A stretch of 63,911 nt of DNA, the filler included, from Octopus bimaculoides (Eukaryota), in NCBI RefSeq assembly GCF_001194135.2. It is 7 parts of 6 records of this genome, joined end to end, with 100 filler letters (N's around TTAATTAATTAA, not from the genome) between each part and the next. Parts side by side here need not be neighbours in the genome. Positions count along the whole stretch, not along the records: positions 45,590 to 57,803 come from NC_068989.1; positions 57,904 to 62,743 come from NC_069007.1; positions 62,844 to 63,911 come from NW_026394555.1; 4 more parts are not named here. The stretch is one strand, 5' to 3'. The notes beneath the pieces were generated by a model that worked only from the letters and a program-made list of their open reading frames with translations, searched no databases and was not told where the DNA came from. A program made the translations under genes and the position numbers. Positions 52,410 to 63,911 of this stretch are shown here, piece after piece (within the stretch, counting starts at the first letter, position 1; the number at the start of each line of letters is the position of its first letter).

Positions 52410-54203
52410 GAGTGACAATGGAGAAACAAAATATTGTGAATAACGGTGGGAATGAAAATGAATCCCTTGATGGTGACAGTGTTGCACCCGGTAGGCTCAG
52501 AAATATTGGTCGTTATTCAGCCTGTCGTTATCCAGCAACGGACCGATACACAGGGTGTAGATGGAACAAACAAATCAATTCACTGCTGTGGTCATGGAGT
52601 GTTACTATCCTCTCTGAGCAACCCTGTAGACGAAAATGGTGTTCATATCAGAGGATACCGACAACGTATGTATGATGAAGGGGAGAAATAAGATTGTTTC
52701 AATTCACGGAACATAGATTGTGATCAAGCTGGAGCAATAAGAAAAATTGTTGTTTCACAAGAGTAGAGTTCGAAACTATCAAAAGACGGGAATTGGAAAA
52801 CAGCAGCAGAGGAAACAATGATGAAAGTAATCCCATGCCAGAAAACAGGTGAAATCTCTAACAAACAACGGGAAAGGAACAATGATAGCTTACTCGATGA
52901 GAGACGTTTAAATAGTTTGGTAATAAACAATAAAACTAATGGTGACATGACAGATAGGCAAAAGCCAATATAAGAGAAAATAAAGACAAGGCTACAGGAG
53001 TACGATAGTGACATTTGCAACCTTAAAAAGGTTGATCGGTGGAAATTGAACCAAGAAACGAAAAATACGAATGAAATTCTGAAATACATCTGAACAAAAG
53101 ACATCACAGAAACAAATGATTTGACCGTGGCAGTAAGTATTGTAGCAGAAAATGTGGGTGTTGATGTCAAGAAAAAGAAATATAATGTGAGTAACAAAAG
53201 AAAAGATCCATGGCGAGAAAGAAGAATACAGGCAGGTTTAGACGTGCTGTCGAAGGACCTTTCTGTGTTGAACCGAAAAGAGAAGATAGGGGCATAAAAG
53301 CGAACCAAAATACAGGGCACTGAACAGGAAGTAAGATATTGAGAGAAAGGGCCTGAAAGTGGTAATGAAGGAACTGAAACAGCGATTTGTTGCGAAGAAA
53401 GATGGTATGATATGACCAAACAATGAAGGGATACCAACAGAATAGGTTATTTAGAGTAGATCACAAGAAATTCTGCAAAGAAATAGATGAAGAGTATACA
53501 GATGAAAAGTTGATACCAGATAACATTGAAAGTCAAAGGTTTTGGAGTAACATCGGGAGCAAAGACAAGGAACACAACAGGGATGCTGAATGGTTGCAAG
53601 AACTGAAACGAACAGTAGTCTGTCCAAAACAGGCAGAACTAGTTATTTCAATTAGGGAAGTGAAGAAAATCAGCAAAAATTGGGCAACTGGAAGACCCCG
53701 GGACAAGATAGAGTTCAAGGATACTGGATCAGAAGATTTGGTGAATGTCATGCACGAATAGATGCACAATTCACCACTTTGTTAAATGTGGATCAAGTAA
53801 CATCAGATTGATTGACAATGTGTAGGACAGTACTGTCCTTGAAAAACATCGAAAAAGGCCAGACGGTAGGCAATTAAAGGCCGATATGCCGTTTGTCGCT
53901 TATGTGGAGAGTATTGACTGGAATAGTTGCAGAATCAATGTATGGACATCTGGAAAAAAATGGAAACCTGCTACATGAGCAGAAGAGTTGCAAGCGTGAG
54001 GGGTACCAAGGATCAACACCTGGTAGGCAAAACTGTACTTAGAGACTGCAAGAGGAGGAAAAGTAACTTAGCTATGTCATGGAACAATTATCTTAAGGCG
54101 TACGATATGATCTCACATTCTTGGATCATGGAGTGTATGAATCTATTTGGTATTGCATCGAATGTTGACGACTACTTGGAAAAAAGTATGTTGAAGTGGA
54201 TGA
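52410..54203 (+). mobile_element. Degenerate R4/Dong-like LINE, N-terminus and first RT domains
   Basis: GYRQRMY; LFRVDHKKFCKEI; [38 protein letters not shown]; many frameshifts. Confidence 0.8.
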
Positions 54204-54560
54204 CGGGAAGCTGCACGTATAACACATAACTTAGAAGCAGCGCTACAGATATACCAACACACTCGAGATTGAAACATAGCCGACCCGACACACTTCTCAT
54301 GACGAATTCCGGAAGTAGCTTCGTGAGACTACTATCTCGACACTTCCGGAAAAAAAAAGCCGTTAGTAAACAGTTTATAGCAGAGACTCTAAGAAGATCT
54401 GAAGAAGGAATTGTATTTCGAAATATCATCTGACTATAGATAACTAAATTACAACAAGTATATAGTCCATTTTTTGTATTGTAGTGCAATGCTGCACCAT
54501 TCAAAACTTTTTATTCTTTACAAACAATACACAATGTTTCAAGCGAACTACACTACTCTC

Positions 54561-54561
<1 letters not shown>
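54204..54561 (+). mobile_element. ~350-bp non-LINE insert carrying a hammerhead motif (PLE terminal repeat or retrozyme-like)
   Basis: Interrupts the LINE RT and is followed by (AAT)n. Contains the motif at 54395-54431. Confidence 0.5.
54395..54431 (+). ncRNA. Minimal type-I hammerhead ribozyme candidate
   Basis: AGAT / CTGAAGA / A / GGAAT-tgt-ATTTC / GAA / ATAT / C / ATCT. Stem I is 4 bp and perfect, stem II is 5 bp with one G.U pair, stem III is the palindromic ATAT, and the cleavage triplet is AUC. Confidence 0.7.
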
Positions 54562-54603
<42 letters not shown>

Positions 54604-54606
<3 letters not shown>

Positions 54607-55520
54607 GAGTGCTAGTCAATTCCGATCATGAATAGCCAGCGAGAGAGAAGAAATTCTACTCCGCATGGAATTACATGATCAGTTTCACTATGAAACAAAG
54701 AAGTTCAAAGATTAGGAAGCACCATGGAGGTAGCTCAGCAATGGTGACCTAAAAAAGAAGACTGAAAGCCTAATCATCGCTGCGCAAGATCAGGTATTGA
54801 ATATGAATTCAGTGAAAAGAGATATATACCGCAGAAATGCAACAAACCTCTGCAAAATGTGTGGGAAGAGGGTCGAAAGCGTGAATCACATTTTTAGGGC
54901 TTGTGAAAGTCTTGCGCAGAAAGTGTACAAGTGCAGACACGGGAAGGTAGCGCAGAAACTTCGCTGATACTATGCCGGAAGTATAGATACGAGGTAACGG
55001 ATGCTTGGTACCAATATGCACGTTAAAAGATAATGGACAAAAAGTGGAAGGCAGAAATCCTCTGGGACTTTGGCTTCCAGACAGATTAGTTGTCAGATTA
55101 CTGAAGGCCGGATATAATAATCTTTAGGAGGGACAAACAAGAGTGCCTAATAATCGACGTGGCAGTGCCAAGAGATCAATATATTATGATAGAAAAAGAA
55201 AAGATCGATAAATATGGTGACCTGAGGATTGAGATCGCCATGATGTGGCAGTTACGAGAGTCGAACAAACAGTTTGTCTGTTTCGTCATCGGAGTACTGA
55301 GTTCAATTCCACCCAACCTGAAGAAATATCTGGAAACTTTAGAAATATCTTACAATCTAGATGTATTGCAAAAATCAGATTTACTTGGATCTGAACGCTT
55401 ATAGGCATAAAATACTATCTGAGGTCCTTGCTGTGATTTGACAGACAGTACAAATCCACGATAGACACAATAACATTAATCCACAACATCACGATATTGG
55501 ATACTGCGCGACGTTTTCAA
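54604..55520 (+). mobile_element. R4/Dong-like LINE 3' fragment (zinc knuckle and RLE)
   Basis: KTESLIIAAQDQVL; C..C...ESVNHI..AC..LAQK; PDIII; EKEKIDKYGDLRIEIAMMW. Flanked by AAT repeats. Confidence 0.8.
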
Positions 55521-55537
55521 TGATGATGATGATGATG

Positions 55538-55620
<83 letters not shown>

Positions 55621-55960
55621 AAGAAGAAGAAGAAGAAGAAGAAAAAGAAGAAGAAGAAGAAGAAGAAGAAGAAGAAAGAAAGAGAAGAAGGGGAGGAGGA
55701 GGAGAAGAAAAGACAAGAAGAACAACAACAATAACAGCAGCAACAAAGGGAGGAAAAAAGAAGAAGGATGAGGAGAAGAAGAAGTAGAAGAAGATGAAGG
55801 AGAAGAAGAAGAAGAAGAAGAAGAAGAAGAAGAAGAAGAAGAAGAAGAAGAAAAAGTAGTATTAGTAGTAGTAGTGGTAGAAGAAGAAGAAGAAGAAGAA
55901 GAAGAAAAAGAAGAAGATTAAGATGAAGAAGATTAAGAAGAAGAAGAACAACAACAACAA
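55520..55960. repeat. Compound (GAT)n(AAT)n(AAG)n trinucleotide tract
   Basis: Direct reading of the sequence. Confidence 0.95.
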
Positions 55961-56378
55961 AGGGTAGGTGACTAATAGTAACACAACGCTGATATGATAG
56001 AAATATATTTTATTTAATGAGAAGACAGAACTCTTATCTGAATATGTTGGGTAGATAATATAAACCTATTTTTTCAGCTTCCCAATCAATGATAAAACAT
56101 GTCTGATGAAATAGATTACACCGAATGTTCTTAATGGAAAATTCACGATAAAATGTTTCATTCCAAAAATATTTCAGCTGAGATTTCTCTGTAGCAAAGT
56201 ACTACCATGAATTGTCACATCATGTAGATAATAGATTTGTGACTAACCTTAAGTTGCTATTGATTTATGGACATCGAGTATGCAAGTAATTATAAAAATT
56301 GATTTTACAATCATCACGGAAGTTTAGCAACATCACTTTTGGCAAATATTTTTCTTTTTACATTCGTACATAATGCAT

Positions 56379-56455
<77 letters not shown>

Positions 56456-56936
56456 CACACACACATACACCGTTCTATCTAACTTATGAATTTCAATTTT
56501 TCTTGCGATTGGTATTTGTTTGCATATTCTTGAACAATGTTGAAGTTATTTTTAACATTCTTCACCTCATGTGATAGAGTGGTTGTCATTGATTTAGAAA
56601 ATAAGGCAGTTCCTGTTTACTTTGTGTATTTTCCTTCTTTCGATATGGCCCCTGTTTCATCGTTACCGTCTCCCGACTTATCATGAATTCCAAAATTACA
56701 CAAAATAGCGAATAAACTAGGTTTATGACGGAACTAAAATGTGTATTTAGTGACACGTTCCAATACGGATTAAGACTGACTTAAATGTACGAATAACTGT
56801 TGAAAATATTGCCCTATTTTAAATTTCAAGTGTGAACGCACATACACTTACACCCGCGCACACGCGCACACACGCACATGCACACACACTGACACGAGCG
56901 TTCCACTTGTTTTTAATGTTCGTTTATTCAGTTTTA

Positions 56937-56996
<60 letters not shown>

Positions 56997-57765
56997 TTGC
57001 CAAACCTTAAGATTAAAAAGAATGATCAAAGCAGCAAGATGCTTTCCTTAACTATCTTGCTACCAAGGAGGTGGCCGGTCAAAACTTACACTGAGTTAAA
57101 AAGAGAAAAAAAACACCCCCACATGCAACCCCACACACGCACAGACACATGTATATATAAACATACCCATAATTATTCTGACATAATTATGTTCATATTT
57201 TTTATATGCACATATATGTAACGCATCATTTGTTTCTTTCTGTATTTCATCCCAAGCTGGTTGAACACCGATATTTTGGTCAACAACATGTTACATTAAA
57301 TAAGTAATAACTGTAATATCAACAAAACAAAACTATAAGAATAATTAAAAATATATTAATTTTCAATTTAGATTATGTTAATCTGATAAGGGAAATGCCT
57401 GTTGATTATCAAATATTTATTAGATAAATTCAATTCTTAGTCAATTTTTTTTTTTATCTAGAGGGATATTGAGAGAAAATATATACAAATTAAAAGTACA
57501 TTTCGAATATAGGTATGAACTAATTTTTTTTGTTCTTCTGAAACTATTAATTCACTATCAAGTTCTTTTCAGAATGTCAAATGCATCTCATTTGTAATGT
57601 TGTGTACTATTTGTTACACTTTTCCTCTTTTCATTAGAAACATATTCTAGAATGTTCTGAGATAAAAACATTAACTTTCGCTTTGCAATTTAAAGAAAAT
57701 GGATATATGTGTTTCCTGCCATGAGCAAATCATGACTAGAATAAAGTACTTTTAACATTATTATG

Positions 57766-57803
<38 letters not shown>

Positions 57804-57903
57804 NNNNNNNNNNNNNNNNNNNNNNNNNNNNNNNNNNNNNNNNNNNNTTAATTAATTAANNNNNNNNNNNNNNNNNNNNNNNNNNNNNNNNNNNNNNNNN
57901 NNN

Positions 57904-57970
<67 letters not shown>

Positions 57971-58247
57971 CACATATATGTGAAAGTTGTGTATATTCGT
58001 ATTTATATAAATGACAAGAAAATTCACACATACATGCTTTACATATATGCATAAAGGAATCACTCTCTATCTCTCTATCTCTCTCTATCAATCTAGCTAT
58101 CTGTATGTCTGTCTGTCTCTCTCTGTCTCTTTCTCTCTGCCTGTCTGTCTGTTTCTCTCTGTCTGTCTTTCTCTTTATCTATCTATCTATCTATGCCTCT
58201 CTCTCTATATATATCTATCTGCCTGTCTCTGTTTTTCTTTCTCTCTA

Positions 58248-58294
<47 letters not shown>

Positions 58295-58852
58295 GTATCT
58301 ATGTATGTATGTATGTATGTATCCATCTATCTATCTGTCTGTCTACGTCTCTATATTTCTCTGTCTTCCTCTGCATACGAATAAATACCCTTTTCTATGC
58401 AAATGCCCATTCACTCATCTATCCACCTAGCCATCGACTCATCCATTCCCCCCCCCCACCTCCAACCACCTCATATGAATAAAGTTATATTAAATACCAT
58501 TCAACGTAACTGGTTCGATTTATTGAAATTCTCTCTGTTGTCAGAGTCGGTAGGACAATCGCTAGGTGGTAATTTGATCCCACTCCAACTGAAAATGTTA
58601 GATAATCTCGAGAAGAAGGAAACATTCCAAAACTGACATTCCAATAAGCAAAAGACAGTTTGATAGTTTGGAAAGAAGAGAACAGCTAGAACTGGAGTTG
58701 TCTCGTCACAAAACCTTGTTTATTTAGTATCATTCAGCCAGTGGACATGATTCTTTCGTGTGACGATTTTCACTCCTACATCGTTTATTATTTCAGCTTA
58801 CGTCGATTCGTCCGAGGGGACATTCTATGGACTCTACCAGGTGACGTTAGAT

Positions 58853-59378
58853 ATACAGGTTGTCCACAAAATCTGGCTTGTTGGCACTCCGTCGCTTACG
58901 ACGTCGAGGGTCCCAGTTGATCCTCTCAACGGAACAGCCTGCTCGTGAAATTAACGTGCAAGTGGCTGAGCACTCCACAGACACGTGTACCCTTAATGTA
59001 GTTCTCGGGGACATTCAGCGTGACACAGTGTGACAAAGCCGACCCTTTGAATTACAGGTACAACAGAAACATGAAGAAAGAGTGAGAGAAAGTTGCGGTG
59101 AAAGAGTACAGCAGGGTTCGCTACCATCCCCTGCCGGAGCCTCGTGGAGCTTTAGGTGTTTTTGCTCAATAAACAACACTCACAACGCCCGGTCTGAGAA
59201 TCGAAACCGCGATCCTATGATTGCAAATCCGCTGCCCTAACCACAGGACTATTGCGCCTCCACACAAAGTCTGGCTACATGGAGTGAATAAAATCGTAAC
59301 GTAATTAAATATAAGAAATAATAATTTCTTAAAGTATGTGTTAATCTCCATGTACCCAGACTTTGTGGACACCCTGTA
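58853..59378. mobile_element. Tc1-type MITE whose left TIR is split by a SINE insertion
   Basis: Left tacaggttgtccacaaaatctggct, resuming as cacaaagtctggctacatggag after the SINE. Right ctccatgtacccagactttgtggacaccctgta. Confidence 0.7.
58879..59262 (-). mobile_element. tRNA-derived SINE, family C, with a 14-bp target-site duplication
   Basis: Head tggaggcgcaatagtcctgtggttagggcagcgg...ggtttcgattctcagacc with A- and B-box-like motifs. TSD cacaaa(a/g)tctggct at 58865-58878 and 59263-59276. Confidence 0.85.
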
Positions 59379-59379
59379 C

Positions 59380-59660
59380 ACCCTGTTGTGACTTTTCTCT
59401 TTTCGTCGGAACACGCTTACTGTGGCACAGACGGTTTATTTTGCATCGTGAATAATTGAAGTTACACTTCGCCATTTTGCGCTTCGGTATGGAATTGTTG
59501 CAATGTTTTCTTCGTTCTTTTATAAAGTTATTATCTGAACACAACATCATTATTGTCTTACGTTCTAATATGTGTGTTTCTCCTTTAATATGCGTCATCA
59601 GCATAGCTGTTGCCCTATCCCAATTATATGTTTTGTTTCGGTAATTTTTTTGGCTCATAC
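59380..59660 (-). mobile_element. Possible Tc1 transposase N-terminal remnant
   Basis: ERKTIMMLC..IPKRKMAKC is weakly HTH-like; adjacent to a Tc1-type TIR. Confidence 0.3.
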
Positions 59661-59956
59661 GTATGGCTTAGGTGCTGAATGAGTTTAGATAATGAGTTTA
59701 GACTTTTTTTTTTTAAATGGAAATAGAAAAAAACTTTGTGGCCCGAGGCATGTATTTAATTGAACAACAAATCTGACGTCGCAAATCCGGAGTCACATGA
59801 TGTAATTTTATTGCTGAACTCAAACTAAATTGTGGAATCTATCATGTTGTCTCCTTGGAGATTCACATGAAAAAAAAAACACTGAATATCTATCGTATAG
59901 CTGCGAAGTTTGTTCTCCGCACCGAAGTTCGCATTTTAATAATACTCATCACCTCT

Positions 59957-60385
59957 AAGGCGGCGGGCTGGCCGAATCATTAGCACGACTGGCAAAACGC
60001 TTAGCAGCAATTCGCTCGTCTTGCCATTCTGAGTTCGAATTCCGTCGAGGTTCACTTTGCTTTTTATCCTTTCGGGTGTTAATAGAATAAGTACCAGTTG
60101 AATACTTGGGTCGATGTAACGACTTAACCCTCCTCCGAAACTGCTGGCCTTATGCTAAAATTTGAAATCAATATTACTGGCTACGTTAAAGCGGTGAACT
60201 GGCAGAATCGTCACCACACCGGACCAAATGCTTAGTGACATGTCGTCCGTCTTTACGTTCTGTGTTCAGATGATGCCGGGGTCGACTTTACTTTTCATCC
60301 TTTCGATGTCGATAAGATAAAAAAAAAAAAAGCAGATGATTACTGGAGCCCTATAATCGACTTAACCCTTTCCCGAACATGGTGG
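59957..60385 (+). mobile_element. Two tandem SINE family A copies
   Basis: Heads at ~59957 (ggcggcgggctggccgaatc) and ~60190 (gcggtgaactggcagaatc). Confidence 0.85.
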
Positions 60386-60520
60386 CATCTCTTTTGCCGA
60401 ACCGCTAAGTTACGGGGACGTAAACACACCAGCATCGGTTGTCAAGCGATATTGGGGGTGGGGGGACAAACACTGACAAACAGACATATACACACACATA
60501 CATACATGCATACATACATA
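60385..60520 (-). mobile_element. SINE family B tail
   Basis: tctcttttgccgaaccgctaagttacggggacgtaaacacaccagcatcggttgtcaagcg. Confidence 0.85.
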
Positions 60521-61544
60521 TATATATATATATANNNNNNNNNNNNNNNNNNNNNNNNNNNNNNNNNNNNNNNNNNNNNNNNNNNNNNNNNNNNNNNNNN
60601 NNNNNNNNNNNNNNNNNNNNNNNNNNNNNNNNNNNNNNNNNNNNNNNNNNNNNNNNNNNNNNNNNNNNNNNNNNNNNNNNNNNNNNNNNNNNNNNNNNNN
60701 NNNNNNNNNNNNNNNNNNNNNNNNNNNNNNNNNNNNNNNNNNNNNNNNNNNNNNNNNNNNNNNNNNNNNNNNNNNNNNNNNNNNNNNNNNNNNNNNNNNN
60801 NNNNNNNNNNNNNNNNNNNNNNNNNNNNNNNNNNNNNNNNNNNNNNNNNNNNNNNNNNNNNNNNNNNNNNNNNNNNNNNNNNNNNNNNNNNNNNNNNNNN
60901 NNNNNNNNNNNNNNNNNNNNNNNNNNNNNNNNNNNNNNNNNNNNNNNNNNNNNNNNNNNNNNNNNNNNNNNNNNNNNNNNNNNNNNNNNNNNNNNNNNNN
61001 NNNNNNNNNNNNNNNNNNNNNNNNNNNNNNNNNNNNNNNNNNNNNNNNNNNNNNNNNNNNNNNNNNNNNNNNNNNNNNNNNNNNNNNNNNNNNNNNNNNN
61101 NNNNNNNNNNNNNNNNNNNNNNNNNNNNNNNNNNNNNNNNNNNNNNNNNNNNNNNNNNNNNNNNNNNNNNNNNNNNNNNNNNNNNNNNNNNNNNNNNNNN
61201 NNNNNNNNNNNNNNNNNNNNNNNNNNNNNNNNNNNNNNNNNNNNNNNNNNNNNNNNNNNNNNNNNNNNNNNNNNNNNNNNNNNNNNNNNNNNNNNNNNNN
61301 NNNNNNNNNNNNNNNNNNNNNNNNNNNNNNNNNNNNNNNNNNNNNNNNNNNNNNNNNNNNNNNNNNNNNNNNNNNNNNNNNNNNNNNNNNNNNNNNNNNN
61401 NNNNNNNNNNNNNNNNNNNNNNNNNNNNNNNNNNNNNNNNNNNNNNNNNNNNNNNNNNNNNNNNNNNNNNNNNNNNNNNNNNNNNNNNNNNNNNNATATA
61501 TATATATATATATATATACTTTGACCCTCCATATACATATATAA

Positions 61545-61940
61545 AGCGACGAGCTAGCCGAATCATTAGCACGTCGAGCAATATGCTTTGCGGCATTTTG
61601 TCATCTTTATGTTCTGAATTTAAGTACCATTTGAGCACTAGGGTCGATGTAATGTACTAGTCCTCTTCCCCCAAATTGCTGGTCTTGTGCTAAAATTTTA
61701 ACTCAGTATTTCTCATAACATTAGTGTAGCGAGTTGGCAGAATCATTAGCACGCCGGACAAAGTGCTTAGCGGCATTTCGTCAGTCTTTACGTTCTGAGT
61801 TCAAATCCAGCCGAGGTCGATTGTGTCTTTCATCCTATCGGGGTCGATAAAATAAGTACCAGTTAAATACTTGGGTCGAAGTAATCGACTTACCCCTCAC
61901 CCGACATTGCTGACCTTGCGCCAAAATTTGGAACTAATAT
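61545..61940 (+). mobile_element. Two tandem SINE family A copies
   Basis: Heads at ~61545 and ~61727. Confidence 0.85.
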
Positions 61941-62149
61941 TATTCACCATCTGTTTCGACTTACTGCAGAGTATCTTGAAATTGTATACAGATTACCGGG
62001 CGGTGGAATGAAATCAATATTAAACTACAACTGCAAGGCATTTATTTATCCGACGCTCCAACAACTCTGCAAAAATAACATTGGATGGTCACGCCTGAAA
62101 TTCCTTTGATCACAGGTTTAAAGCACGTGGTTTGACACGAAATTAAATA

Positions 62150-62640
62150 ACATCTACTACTACTACTACTACAACAACCACTGCTGCTGCTGTTACTGCT
62201 ACTGTTACCATTACTATTGCTGCTGCTGCTACTACTACTACTACTACTACTGATACACCATTTGCACTATCACTAACAACACCCACTTCGTATACCAGTG
62301 CCATCACCCAAACCGCTCCATAAATATTGCCACTACATGACCACTATACCATTACCATACTATCACACTGCACCACCACTATCATGGTATAAACCAGCAG
62401 CACCACTACATTCAGCACCACCACCACCACCACTATCACCACCACTACCACCAGCAACACCAGTACCCCCAATACCACCACTACTACCAGCACCACTACC
62501 ATCACCACCACCATCACCACTACTACCAGCACCACCAGTACCACCAACACCACCACTACCACCAATACTACCCCTACTACCCCCACCACGCACCACTACC
62601 ACCTACACAACAATCCATGGAACCATTCAGCAACATCCAC
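62150..62640. repeat. Low-complexity (ACT/GCT/ACC)n triplet tract
   Basis: Direct reading; open in several frames. Confidence 0.9.
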
Positions 62641-62851
62641 CACAAGGTTTCCTCATCAAACTATCAATCACAACTTTGTAACGCATTATTTTTTTTAGTT
62701 TCACCATAGAAAGTTAATATCGCTGATTCTGTCTCAAGTTACANNNNNNNNNNNNNNNNNNNNNNNNNNNNNNNNNNNNNNNNNNNNTTAATTAATTAAN
62801 NNNNNNNNNNNNNNNNNNNNNNNNNNNNNNNNNNNNNNNNNNNATATATGC

Positions 62852-63188
62852 GCAGGTGTGGCTGTGTGGTAAGTAGCTTGCTTATCAACCACATGGTTCC
62901 GGGTTCAGTCCCCACCTTGGGCAAGTGTCTTCTACTATAGCCTCGGGCCGACCAAAGCCTTGTGAGTGGATTTGGTAGACGGAAACTGGAAGAAGCCCGT
63001 CGTATATGTATATATTTACATATGTATGTGTGTGTATATGTTTGTGTGTCTGTTTGTCTCCTCAGCATCGCTTTACAACCGATGCTTATTACAAAGAATA
63101 AGCTCTGGGGTCGATTTGCTCGACTATAAAGGTGATGCTACAGCTTGGCCGCAGTCAAATGACTGAGACAAGTAAAAGAGTAAAAGAG

Positions 63189-63189
<1 letters not shown>
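62852..63189 (+). mobile_element. Near full-length SINE family B
   Basis: gcaggtgtggctgtgtggtaag...ccttgggcaagtgtcttctactatagcc...caagtaaaagagtaaaagag. Confidence 0.9.
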
Positions 63190-63219
<30 letters not shown>

Positions 63220-63911
63220 ATGTATATATGTATGTATGTATGTATACAAATGTGTGTCTTTATATAGATATGTTTGTCTATATTAACATAAACTTACCCA
63301 GACATATACACAGACACACACACACACACACACACAGACACGCTCACATACATACATACATTCACACACATTTGTGTCAGGTCCGGCAACTTCCATCCAA
63401 CAGCTGTTCTACGCTATGTTGCCAAGAACAAAAAAATTAAATTGTCACAGATATAAAGCTGTGAGTTTCTCCATTTCCTCTTTTTTTTTTTTGAAAAACA
63501 TTCTTGTTTGTTTACAGTTGACCAAATGTTGATATTCTGGGGGCTTGCTGAAGAATCATAACAGACTCGAAAGTCGAAAGGATTTCCAGGATCAGAAGAA
63601 GTTTTTGAGTTTTTTTGCTAGATCTCCTGCAACACTTGTTCGCAGCTGGTTTTTATTTTCATAACCGGAGATATTAATCTTCCCTTAAAAAAATATCAAA
63701 ATTTTAATACGTTTCTTCGACTTCAGAAATGTATGTACGCATGTATGTATGCATTTATGTATGCATGTATGTATGTATGTATGTATGTATGTATGTATGT
63801 ATGTTCTATAGATGTGTATGTGATTGTGTGTCTGTGTGCATCGCGTATGAGCATATACGGACATATATATATATGCATATATATATATAAACATATGTGC
63901 GTGGGCCTGTG

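Noticed and set aside
55489-55771. Poly-Leu/Ile and poly-Arg ORFs
   Set aside because: Translations of trinucleotide microsatellites.
59180-59262. tRNA gene-like sequence (and other SINE heads)
   Set aside because: Continues directly into a SINE body with a TSD and lacks a complete acceptor stem.
60405-61660. Long ORFs made of X, or of YI/CV/HT/LSIY runs (throughout the track)
   Set aside because: These are translations of N gaps and microsatellites.
62298-62681. Pro-rich, Val-rich and Gly-rich ORFs
   Set aside because: A triplet low-complexity tract open in several frames on both strands, with no domain or splice support.

Overview
Eukaryotic, AT-rich, microsatellite-dense genomic DNA with many N gaps. 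The SINE families resemble those I know from octopus, so a coleoid cephalopod such as Octopus is likely; this is inference, not verified. Only one host coding region is well supported: a 5'-incomplete class B (secretin/Methuselah-like) 7TM GPCR ORF on the minus strand (31674-32749) that runs into an assembly gap. Almost everything else is transposon debris: R4/Dong-like and CRE-like restriction-like-endonuclease LINEs, Tx1/L1 and RTE fragments, Penelope-like (PLE) RT and GIY-YIG fragments, a Gypsy 3' end with LTR, Tc1/mariner remnants and MITEs, a probable Helentron-type non-autonomous element, and three tRNA-derived SINE families. The most notable items are (1) a well-formed minimal type-I hammerhead ribozyme motif at 54395-54431, with further weaker ones elsewhere; (2) a 580-bp fold-back element made of two inverted mariner 3' ends, inserted as a unit at a TA inside a LINE; (3) a GPCR whose TM7 lacks the conserved class B Q-G motif; and (4) an alternating ~70-bp repeat with a palindromic core. 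No prokaryotic features or CRISPR arrays are present. Most ORFs in the supplied track are translations of microsatellites or N gaps. I cannot show a new biological system from sequence alone; the ribozyme/retrozyme and fold-back candidates are the best leads.
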